From Thalia democratica (Eukaryota): a stretch of 64,000 nt of DNA. The notes under the pieces were generated by a model. It saw only the letters and a list, made by a program, of their open reading frames with translations, searched no databases and was not told the DNA's origin. Every line of letters starts with the position of its first letter. Position 1 is the first letter of the stretch. Positions 1 through 18,407 of this stretch are shown piece after piece. Both the position numbers and the translations under genes were made by a program. The stretch lies in the NCBI GenBank assembly GCA_965202585.1, contig OZ241827.1, forward strand, positions 55,242,001-55,306,000, read 5' to 3'.

Positions 1-7690
<7,690 letters not shown>

Positions 7691-9586
7691 GTAGGATAAA
7701 TTTGAAAGCAGGAGAATTTGTGGAGTTTGTTTTATGTGTTAGCCTTAATGACAAAACTAATGAAGTATTTTAAAGAGACCTTAGGACTTTGCTTAAATTA
7801 CATTTTTCCCGAAAACCTCCATTTACTTTATCGTTTTTGTTTTGCTACGGTACATTTAAAACATTTGCATAACGTTTTGTTTCACAGTGCAGTGTAATTT
7901 ATTTTAAGGTATTTTTGTTTAAAGTTTTGCAACAGATTAAATTAGATTGTTCATTCCAAGCACTAAAATGTAACACATTCAAACGTGTTCATTGTTTTAT
8001 AATAAATAATATTATATAAATATTTTTTGTAATACTGAATTAAACAGTTTTTTTATGTTTTGTTCTACAAGTATTTTTGTACACAGTAGTAATTGTTTAA
8101 AGAATAAGAAATGGTTTAAAAGTATTTATTAGATGCTTTATTAAGCTAGTTTAAAAGTTAAAAAAGAATTCTTGATAATGCGTTAAACATCTATTTCATT
8201 CAAAAGCTAATATTAAAATAAAACACTTAAGCATATTATCCTTAGTTACTTGTTTTATTTGTATACTGTTTTTATACTTGTTTGATAATCATTTTATTTT
8301 TGTTGACACTTCGAGCTTACAAAGTCTTGTATCACATTGCCTAAAATAATTATTCTTGTTTGTTACTTTTTGTTTATGCGTTTAAACAATTTACAGCACG
8401 AATAAAATATTGATACACGAATGTTATTTAAAACTGATGTCTTTTTTTTAATTTCTTAATATATACCTACTTTGTAAACAAATACAAACTCGAAGATATT
8501 AACGTAGTTGTTAAGCATAGTTAAGTACTAAGTTATTAGATTATTACAATCAGTTTTAAAAAGAAAAACTTTTGTTTAGTTATTGAATAAATAAGTATAT
8601 GTGAATGAATAACAAGAACAACTTACTTAAGAAATAAATGCAGGTTGTTTTAGATTTGATAATTGTTTAAGATTTAAAAAATGAATTAAAAGATTATGAC
8701 TTTACGAGAACAATACCTTTTATTGATATTTAACACTGACATTCTTATGTAATGTTATAGGTTTTTTAAATTAAAATTTATATAAAAAAGTTATTTAGTT
8801 GATTGAGACTTTCCTTTGTTGGCCGTAAGGAAATAATAGCCGTGAAAAACTCTCAAATTTAGTCAAAGAATAAAAAAGTTTTGTAAAATTATTTAAAAAG
8901 TGCATAAATGTCTTAAAAACTCAAACTAAATTATAAATATTGCTTTTATTGACAAGTTTTTTCAATTAGAAGCTTGCCATTTAAAAAATGTCTTAAATCG
9001 CTTTAAGTATGCATTATGTAAGAGTTTATGTATATTTTTTTTAACGCAATTTCAATTAAGACAACATTTTTCAAATAAATTAAAAAGAAAAAGTTTCTTA
9101 TAAATGTTGGCTATAAATTTAAATTCTTAAAAACATCTAAACAAACTTTAGACTTTTATTAAAAAGTTCCTAAACTTTTAATAAATTGTACGAGATTAAT
9201 TAAAACAGGTCTTGTTGCAACGCAGAGTTTCATGCAAAAGGGTTCATTAATAAAAAAATAATCCCAAAAAATCATTTAAAATTAACCTAAATTACCGATG
9301 GTAATACAATTTCAAATTAAAAATAAATTAAAATTTTATAAATTAAAAAAAAACTTGGCTAAAGGAACTTACATTTAGCTTTTAAACTTTAAAAAATGTA
9401 GAAGCCATTATCATATTAAAAGCTACTAAGTTAATGAACTAATAAAATTACCAAGGTATTGAATTTTTTAGTAATAATCTCAAGTGAAATTGTAGTTAAA
9501 AGTAAAACTTAATTTTAAATGTAAGCTCCCGTAAAAACTAGCATTTGAATGAACCGCACCACAAGACTATAAACTTTGATGCTGCA

Positions 9587-9630
9587 CTCTGCGATCTGGT
9601 TTCGTCCTCATTAGGACTCATCAGGCAGAA
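9587..9630 (-). ncRNA. Minimal type I hammerhead ribozyme, stem III slightly degenerate
   Basis: Minus strand: TTCTGC-CTGATGA-GTCCT(AATG)AGGAC-GAA-ACCAGAT-C-GCAGAG. Stem I has 5 WC pairs plus a wobble, stem II is a perfect 5 bp, the core is intact, and stem III has a C/A mismatch. Confidence 0.75.
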
Positions 9631-10152
9631 ATGACTACGATGAATCGTTGTCTCAGTCAAAATCTTGATTAAGTACTTTCGCACCGATGAACCATAAACA
9701 TTACCCAGTCAATAGCTTTTTTAAATATACTAAGAAAACTTTTATATAAATCTAAACATAACAAATGTTTGTTAGTTCGATCGTAATTTAAAATTTAAAC
9801 TTTTTAAGTTTTTATGTTTTAGATAAATATGAATTTCATCTAAACTTTTGACTTGTAGCATACTATATTTTTTAGATAGTACATAATTTAAAAAAATTGA
9901 ATAAGCAACATATAAGTTTTTGTTTTCATGCAAGAATAAGTTTTAATTATCATGTAAACAGATGTTAGAGTACAGTTCACTATTTTGTTAATTGTTTGAC
10001 AAAGCCAATTTTTTTCGAAACCAGTCACAAATAAAATAGAATTAAAAAAAAACTTTATTATTTAAATATATAAACATACACAATTATTACGTACTTAAAA
10101 AAAAAGAAATCAGTAAAAAATATTAAAAAAAAAACTGCATACACTTCTTACG

Positions 10153-11739
10153 ATGAAGTTGAAACTACTTCTACTCGTCATCTTGTATGTTTGTTCCGTC
10201 GAGTGCCAGATCAGAGGGGGGCGGAACGCGAGGGAGTGGGAAGCACCGCACCAGGCCCTCGTCGAAATCGGCAGGTTCAGGGAAGGGGGTTACCAGGAAG
10301 TGAGAAGGACTGTTTGCGGGGGAATTTTGCTGAACAAGAGGTGGGTGCTGACGGCGGCGAGTTGCGTCAGGGGTGGGGACGCCCACGACAGGGTCTGGAG
10401 GAACGAGGTGGTGCAGGTGACGGTGGGGACCAGGTACCGGGGAAACAACCAAAACAAGGACCGGGACAGACAGACGAGGAGGGTATCGAAAACTTTTCTG
10501 CACGAAAACTTCTGGCCCGGTGGGGGCGAGGAAGACGTGGCGCTGCTGCTGATGGACCGGGAAGTGCGGTACAACGGTCAGACGCGACCCGCGCTGCTCG
10601 CTCACAAGGAAAAGGAAGCAGAGAAGGGATGGAAGTGCCGCATATCCGGGTTCGGCGCTTTCGACCCAACTGGTAAAAATCTTTACCCTGCATCACTTAA
10701 AGTCGCTACTGACTTGAAAGTGGTGAAAGACAAGCATTGCGAGGCCAGCTTCGGGGTCAAGAGTCTCGGAAATAGGTTTTGCTACGCTAGCGCCAACGAA
10801 GACAAAGTACAAAGCAGCGGGAAAGGCGACTCCGGAGGTCCCGTGGTTTGCGACGAGGACCGGGGAACGGGCCAGGTCGTCCACGGAGTGATGAGCGGCG
10901 AGGGGGGCGATTGCCAAGGCACAAAAAAATCCCCTTGCGCCGCCGCGAAGGTCTCCCGCTACGTCGACTGGATCGACCAGGTGGTCAGGTCTGAGACGCC
11001 GAGCATGACTGTCAGGCAGCAAGGAAACGATGCCAATGTGGGGGACGCCCCCCACCACGTTGCCATGGTGAAGCACTCGAGCCGGCGCGTCGTTCTGGCA
11101 ACGTGCCAGGGGGCGGTCGTAGGCGAGATGTGGGTGCTCACCGCGGCGAGCTGCGTCGGCAGGAACAGCGACAAAGGCGAGTTCATCACCGTCAAGTCCG
11201 GTATTTTTAGAAACCGGGTGGATAGTGGAAAATCGTTCGAATGGTACCAGCACCCGATGTACAGCGAAAAAGAAGTTTCGGACGAAAACAACGTCGCGTT
11301 GGTGCGCTTGAATCGGAAAATAAGCGGCGACGACATTAAACCGATCAGCTTGATCGCTGCCGATCGCGCGAAAAACTGCAAGGTTTCCAGCTTTGAGGAA
11401 GAAGACGAGGAAGCGGGCGTGCTGCAGGTGCGGAAGGTGGACGTAATTGAAGATAGGAAGTGCAGGTCGCCCGCGCTGAAGCCGGCGGCAATGAGCAAAA
11501 TGGCGGGAAGACACGTTTGCGCGCAGCAGGAGAAAGGGAGGGCTTCGATCAGCGTGGGAGAGGGGTCGGCGCTGGTTTGCGAGGATTCGAGAGGAGTGAA
11601 GGGAGTTTTCGGGGTGGCGTCGTTCGGAGGGGAGTGGGAACGCGTCGGGGGAGGCGCCGGGCCGAAAGTGTTCACGAAAATTCACGGAAGCAATTTTGAG
11701 TGGATTCGTCAACACGTGGAAAGGAAAGGAGAACTGTGA
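10153..11739 (+). CDS. Secreted intronless protein with two tandem trypsin-fold (S1) domains; serine protease homologue, catalytic His replaced
   Basis: 528-aa ORF with a hydrophobic signal peptide then QIRGG. Domain 1: VCGGILL, WVLTAASC, EDVALL, CRISGFG, GKGDSGGPVVC. Domain 2: CQGAVV, WVLTAASC, NNVALV, no GDSGGP. Confidence 0.9.
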   Translation: MKLKLLLLVILYVCSVECQIRGGRNAREWEAPHQALVEIGRFREGGYQEVRRTVCGGILLNKRWVLTAASCVRGGDAHDRVWRNEVVQVTVGTRYRGNNQNKDRDRQTRRVSKTFLHENFWPGGGEEDVALLLMDREVRYNGQTRPALLAHKEKEAEKGWKCRISGFGAFDPTGKNLYPASLKVATDLKVVKDKHCEASFGVKSLGNRFCYASANEDKVQSSGKGDSGGPVVCDEDRGTGQVVHGVMSGEGGDCQGTKKSPCAAAKVSRYVDWIDQVVRSETPSMTVRQQGNDANVGDAPHHVAMVKHSSRRVVLATCQGAVVGEMWVLTAASCVGRNSDKGEFITVKSGIFRNRVDSGKSFEWYQHPMYSEKEVSDENNVALVRLNRKISGDDIKPISLIAADRAKNCKVSSFEEEDEEAGVLQVRKVDVIEDRKCRSPALKPAAMSKMAGRHVCAQQEKGRASISVGEGSALVCEDSRGVKGVFGVASFGGEWERVGGGAGPKVFTKIHGSNFEWIRQHVERKGEL

Positions 11740-11748
11740 GGAAATATG

Positions 11749-11754
11749 AATAAA
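11749..11754 (+). promoter_or_regulatory. Candidate polyadenylation signal of the pseudo-protease gene
   Basis: AATAAA starts 10 nt after the stop codon; AT-rich context makes chance occurrence likely. Confidence 0.35.
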
Positions 11755-12149
11755 CATTAACAAGTAATAAAATTAGCAGAAAAACTAGGCTTGGTCGCGA
11801 ATAAAATAATAAGCATGTTAAAACTTTCAGATTCTGTCATGTAAAAGTAAAACAAATCAAATAAGACTATAATATATTATTTTGATTTAAAAAGTGTTTT
11901 TGTAAATGTATTAAAAGCAATTGTTTAATATTTTTTCTGCACAACTTTGATTTTATATAAGCTGTTTTACTATTGCCAAAAAAATATATATCGCCTCCTG
12001 TTGTCCATTTTTTAATGACCCTAGGTGTTGCGGTAGATAATATACTCATGATGAAAAGAGTTTTTTCGGCTGTACCAACAAACAAACACTTAAGTGTTAA
12101 TGCACTCAGAACGTTTTGTTTGACTAATAAAGCGGTTCATGTAAGTATG

Positions 12150-12191
12150 TCAGCCTGATGAGTCCTGATAAGGGCGAGACCAGGTCTCAGA
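12150..12191 (+). ncRNA. Degenerate hammerhead ribozyme, same family as 9587-9630
   Basis: TCAGC-CTGATGA-GTCCT(GATA)AGGGC-GAG-ACCAGGT-C-TCAGA. Stems II and III and the GTC triplet are intact, but GAAA is changed to GAGA and stem I has two mismatches. Similarity to the 9.6-kb copy extends about 90 nt, including GCGGTTCA 66-67 nt after the core start. Confidence 0.65.
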
Positions 12192-12320
12192 ATGTCACAC
12201 TGGTTGTTGCTGATGGTTTTGCGGTTCAGTAACGCTAATTGTTTACTTTTCATTAATAATTTTATGTACCGTGGTATTCAAAACAAGGTTATCCTTTACT
12301 GATGAAATATATTTAAGTTA

Positions 12321-13606
12321 CAGTAACCTCTCGCTTATTTACGCACATTGTGTCCACAGAAAAAATGCATAAAAATACGAGAGATCGTAAAGATACGAGA
12401 GGTACCAAATAAACCTATTATAATGGCTGTTTTTTGATATTGCTTCTAGTTAAAAGTAGAATGGGGACTTTACCACTTTCAACAATTTGTTTACTTTATT
12501 TATAAATATGAAAACAAAAGATAGAACTATACATATATTAAAACAAAATTTACATTTATATAAAATAATAATACTAGTAGAAAAAATTTATTAATTTTAA
12601 TAGTAAGTATTTTTTTCTTTATTTATATATGACTTATTTGATACTTCACATTTATATTCTATTCTACTTATCAAATTCAATTTATAATTAAGCATTTGCT
12701 TACAATTAAGAAATGGTGTGGTGTCTATAATTTAACATTGATTTAGAAGAAAAAGATATAAACAGTTTTATTACAATTGACAATGAAACAACTGAAGAAT
12801 ACTCAAAAAGTATTTTAGAGGAAGTTGAAGCGGCAAACAGTGAAGTTGATTCCACAAACATGCCTGGAACTTCAAAGGGTCATCTTGAAACTGATGAAGA
12901 ATATTTTTTAGAGCAAGAAGAATTTGAATTTGAGGGTTTTAAAACAATGTTAATGAAGACCATCAGTTTTAACGCGCAGTTGTGTTCTTCCAAAGCTGTA
13001 ACTGGTGCTGGTGAGCATTACAAAGAATTGAAGGCAACGTGCGAAAAAATTTCAACGCTTGCTGTGCAAAGCAAGTATTACAGAAGAAGAACTTAAACTA
13101 AAAAAAAAACGTCAAATTAAAATTAGTGATATGTGAACTAAAATTGAAATGATAAACAATTGAGATTTGTGTTAAGTGTAAGCTCTATATTAATTAAGTA
13201 TCACTGCTACTTTTTGCTAGGAAGTTTCATTAGATTTATTTTTTAGATATTTATTCATATATAGGGCAAGAGTGCTGTACTATTTATTTGTGTTTTAAAC
13301 TCTCATTATTTCATTATACTTTCATTATTTAACACAGTCATATTTCTTTCAGAATTTGAATTTAGTCTCTTATTAATAACAAAATATCTGATATACTGAG
13401 GTATAACTAAATGTTTATCAATTAGTAATGAAACATAAATTTACAAAGTCTAAATAAATAGAGAGGTGAGTTAACATTTAAAAATGTATTTTAAATTAAA
13501 AATATACAATAAACTTAATTTGTGCAAAGTAATTTTTTTTTTGAATTTTTTAGAATTCTAAAATGCGTAACTAAACGAGAGTGCGTAAAGATGCGAGAGG
13601 TTACTG
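12321..13606. mobile_element. Non-autonomous pogo/Tigger-like (Tc1-mariner) transposon
   Basis: TA|CAGTAACCTCTCGC...GCGAGAGGTTACTG|TA; 26-bp TIR with 24/26 match and TA duplication. An internal acidic coding remnant at about 12730-13096 (IDLEEKDINSFITIDNETTEEYSKSILEEV) resembles pogo-type C-termini. Confidence 0.85.
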
Positions 13607-14651
13607 TACTTAAGTTTTATAGTTTAAACATAGATAAATAAAATTTTATCTGAAGTATTTAATTTTCAATGAAAAAAAAAAAAGTCTTTAAGCCACAAGT
13701 AGTTGGTAATTCTAAATGTATTTCTAAAATTGAAATTAACAAGATTTTAAATATTTTTAACTTTACAAAAACTTCGCTTTTATATTTTAATTAAAGTTAG
13801 AACATTTGGTTAAGCAGGTTCTAATTTAATATTTAAATTGCTAATACAATTTATGTACATTTAATAAAATTTCTACTTCAACTTTTAAAGACTTATACAT
13901 ATTTAGTTTCAAAATAAAAATTACCCTAAACCTTAACAAAATATGCAAGACTATCGCTATCCTATTAAGAAGAGGGACCTATTGGTATTTTAAGTAATTG
14001 AGCTTTCTAAGCTAAAAATAAAAAAAGAACAGTACAGTAGTCAGTAATTATCATTTTGTATTTTAAAACCAATAAGTTTGTAATGTTAGGATATTTTTCT
14101 TAAAAGGAAAAAACAGTCATAAAAATTCTAGGTACGCTAACATATGTCTTCAGTTTGAAGATGTCTTCAGTTTTGATTTGGAGATTTTGACTTAGTGTGT
14201 TGGCATAGAAAAGTTTAGGTTTTTTCTGCAAGAAAGAATTCTCAGTAAATAAAGCAACTGTGAGTTCTTATTTATTCTCTGCTTGCATTTCATTATTTTA
14301 TTATTTGCAACCTCATAGTTATTTTGTTTGATAATAAATTAAGTAGTTTTATAGTTGTATATATTTTATTAGTGATTTTCAATACAATTTTAGTGATAAT
14401 TAAGGTTTAAGTTTTCTGTGTTTATAAAAGTTCGGCCATTTAGTAACTTTATAGTTGTGTATAATCTATTATTGATTTTTAGTAATTTTTAAAGGTAAGG
14501 TTTCTGTAATTATTAATTAATATTAAGTTTTATTTAAAACATTGATATTTCTGTTGTTATTGATATTCTTATATTCATCACATACTAATATTCATATTTA
14601 TAATTGATACTTGTATATATTATATATTGTTTATGTATACTTTAAATAGAT

Positions 14652-14783
14652 ATGAGTAAGAGACACTGTACACGTAGTCAAGAGAAGGGTACTGGCCAGA
14701 GCCATGCAACTATTAGAAGTGACTCTGAGGCAGTACCTGTTCCGCCAGTGCTACCAGGCCCTCCGAGCGGACAAGTTCAATAA
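14652..14783 (+). other. 43-codon GC-rich small ORF (MSKRHCTRSQEKG...VPVPPVLPGPPSGQVQ*), function unknown
   Basis: Isolated GC-rich island in very AT-rich DNA, running exactly from ATG to TAA; below the 60-aa ORF-track cutoff. Confidence 0.3.
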
Positions 14784-16339
14784 AACAAAAAAAAATTATA
14801 TTTTATAAGTTTTGTATTTCCAGTTTATTAAAATTTATGTGGTACATAAAGTAATAAAAATTCAATTTTTATAAAATTTGCACTTTCTTATAGTTTTTGT
14901 ACATTTTATGCTTTGTTAATAATGAAATCCCATTCACATCTAATAGGTATGATTTAATATTCGTAAAGTCTACAATTTTAGAGCTGTATGAAGTTATTTT
15001 TAAATTTAATCTTAAGTAAAATTAAGTTGTGATGTTAAGTGTCTGTTAAAATAAATGAGGGTAATACTGAAAAGAGATAAGTCTATCTGAACCGACCTAT
15101 TAAATCTAGTTGTTACCGATGTAACTTAAATGACTTAAGTGAAAAATATATAAACTTTTTTAGAACTTTGAAGGTTTTAGAACTTTTTCGTATAAAATTA
15201 TGCAATAGTATTGTTAATTCTTTAAGCCTTGTGCTTTAGTTTAAATTTAAGTTTCTGGTTAGTTTTTGAGCTTATCTAGAAATTTTAAATAAGATCAACA
15301 TTTTATCAAATCTGCCCTTAGTGATGTTTTAGTGTTTTTATCTTTCATCAAAGTATTTTATGACTTTAAGTCAGGTTTGCATTGTAATAGAAAAATATCA
15401 TGAAAGTTAATTAACATGATTTCTTCAAGAGGTAAGGTAAGCAAGTGGCAAAATTTCTATGCAACTTGATTCTATTCTACTTACCTTTATTTTAATATAA
15501 TTTAAATCCAAAAACATTTATCGTATATTCTTTAAAAGGTGCGCGAAAATAACAAATTAAAAGGAAAAAAAAGTAAACCATTAAGGCGCTAAGCATATTC
15601 TTTAGAAAAAGTAATACTGGAACAAAAAACATTTTAACTACTATTTTTTAATGAAGGGCTTCTAAAGATGGTATTATGCACTTAATCAGAGCAGCAGTTT
15701 GTTATATTTAAACAAAAACATCAGTTGAGTGAAAAAAATTCTATCATGTCTAAACTGTGGCATTCAGTTACATTTCAACAGAACAAGTTATTATCTCAGA
15801 TATAAAGCACCTAGATACTTTTTATTTGTAAAAGTGCTAACCAGTGGGCTTCACCTGGCAAATATCATCAGTTTTAAAAGCCGTCTTTAGGACCCCTACA
15901 CCACACGTAAACGTATACTAAAAACATTAACAGATTAAATTATTATCTAGGTAATAAGAACTGCCGAAAAATCGAATTAAAGCGATTTACACTGCGTCAA
16001 ACTCATTGTTGTGAATATTCACCAACTTGATAAATATAAAACAAAAAACTTCAAATTGATTCGCTAAATTATTCTTTTTTAAAAACTTAAACTCAAATAA
16101 ATAAATCAGTATTTACAGATTATAGCAAAATTATAAGAAAAAATTATTTCTTTAATTACACTAAAACTTTTATTTAAACTTATTAAGTCACCAACCTAAA
16201 CAATGATTATACAAAGAACGAAACACGAAAGACAGCATTAAAAAACAAGAGCACTTATCCACACAGCTAAAATTTTCTAAAACAATTGCATAAAGTTTTG
16301 GAATCACTGAAAAAAACACATCAAATAAACGAAAATACT

Positions 16340-18407
16340 TCAACTCGAAGCGCGATAAGCAAGTTCGCCTTTCACGTAAGTCATCCGCACTCTCGCCATT
16401 TTCATCAGCTCCGCGTTTTCGTTCAAATTCACGGGAATCCCCGTTTCTAGGTCCGTGGGAGTGGCCATGACGACCAGGTCCGCGTCGAAGCCCCTTTCTA
16501 CTTTGCCCCTGAACTTTTCGACGCCGTCGACGTACGCCGATTTGGCGGTGTACAGCTCGACCGCCTCGTCGAACGTGAAGCACTCGTCGCTGTTGAACAC
16601 GTCACCCGCGTCGTTCCGCCTCATTATGACGTCATACATGCCGGTGAGAGGGTCGAGGTCTTCTATTGGCGCGTCGCTGCTCCCTCCGATGTGAACTCCT
16701 GAACGTTTTTCACTATTTTTACTGATCATAGCAATTATTTACGAAGTTGTAAGATTTACAATAGTTTTTCATGCTGATAACTGATAGAAGAAAAATTGAA
16801 GTTTCATGAAGTAATAAAAATTTTATAGATCTTTCTATTTATTTTTATCTAGTATGTTTTGTATAGCTTTATTTTATTTAGTTTTGTTATCACCTTTATA
16901 TGAGCAGCCTAGTAGTTGAGCAAAATTTCAAACTTAATTTAAAAAAAGCAACTGCCATCATTTTTTTTACAACTTATTCATGAACTAAAAAATAGAAAAA
17001 TCTTTATAAATAAGAGTACCCCTTTCAGCGAAGGTCTTCCAGGTGTAAGCGTATTTGTGAAGCTGTTCAGGCAGGTGATTTTTAACAAAGTTGTAATCAT
17101 GCGGGGCGAAACTTGGCTGGATGCTCGTACACGCTCCCTGCTTCACCATCCTGCGTTATTTTTATTTAGCTGTAAACTTTAAGTTGTATAGAAACTATAA
17201 AAAAAATAAAACTTTCATTAGTCATTATAAGTAAACAAAATTGAAATACAACACTAACAAAAGATTAAAAATTTCAATAACACTAAAAAAACCTATCAAT
17301 CAGGTCGTCTCGCAATATCTGACAGTGGACGAAAATGGGTCTCATCTCCGGCGGAACATTGGCCTTTTCGAGGCAGTTCAGCGCAACTTCGGCGGCCCGG
17401 TCGCCGATCGTGTGAATTTCCAGCCTGAACCCTTTAGTGTTGATCCTGTCGATGAGCCCGTACAGCTCCTCCTCGGTGTACTGCAGCATGCCGCGGTTGC
17501 CCTCCTTGTCGGTGTTGACGTAGGGAAGCGACAGCGCCGCCGTCTGAGCTCGCAGCGCCCCGTCGATGAACACCTTCACCGTGTCGCACTGCAGCTTGCC
17601 CAGTTTCTTCACCGGCGCGTCGGGAAAGTTTCCTTCAATGTCCTGGTCCTTGAAGGAGGGCGCGAGGTAGCAGTTGATCGGCAGCCGGTTGGTTTCGGCC
17701 AACTGCTTGTAGTGGGGCCAGCAGCCGGCGTCTTGCACGTGGACGGAAGTCACCCCGCGCTTCACCAGCTCGTTCAGGGTGGCCGTTATGTCCGCCTTCT
17801 TCTCTTCACCAGTCTCCTCCGGCATGTGTTTCGTCACCAGCGCGTGCTGCTGGTACTCCTTCAGCACTCCCGTCAGCTCGCCTTCGTGCGCGTGGCCTCG
17901 GGGAAAAACGTCGAGGACGCCGTCCGGTTCCACCTTGCACGTTTCCAGCGCCTTCGAGTTGGCCACGAGGACGTGGTAGCAGGTCCTGTAGAGGATTATG
18001 GGCCTGTCGCTGCACACCCGGTCGATGTCGAACCTGTTGGGCTGCCGGTCCATGACCTCGTCGTCCCAGCCGTACCCCTTCATCCACTTGCCCCTCGATT
18101 CCGGCCCGCCCACCATCTTCGCCAGGTTCTCCTGCAGCTCGCTGATCGACCCGGGGTGGTCGAGGAACTTGAGCGGGTTGGTCTTCATGCCGCACAGGTC
18201 GCCGTGCATGTGGCAGTCGTGGAAGCCGGGAAACAGCCACATGTGTTCAGCGTCCACCACTTTCTTCGCGCTGCTGTCCGCGGGAACGTTTTCGTCGCCG
18301 CCGTAATCCTTGATGACTCCGTCTTTGACGGCCAGCCACGTGTTCGGCTTTCTGGTGTTTTTCTGCCAGATTTGGCAGTTTTTGAAAAGAGTGTCGAATT
18401 CGGTCAT
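16340..18407 (-). CDS. YtcJ-like metal-dependent amidohydrolase (amidohydrolase family 3)
   Basis: Phase-consistent exons 18407-17293, 17150-17020, 16698-16340 (534 aa). Motifs: PGFHDCHMH, KVFIDGAL, IHTIGDRA, VHCQIL, SIQPSF, GSSDAP, GFDADLVV, TYVKGELAY. Confidence 0.9.

Noticed and set aside
10171-11763. Long antisense and alternate-frame ORFs over the pseudo-protease (356 aa, 238 aa and others)
   Set aside because: Same GC-driven shadow effect; only the 528-aa frame has a signal peptide and S1 motifs.
14144-14173. Two ATGTCTTCAGTTT copies (CTGAAGA on the minus strand)
   Set aside because: Short local tandem duplication with no GAAA or stems.
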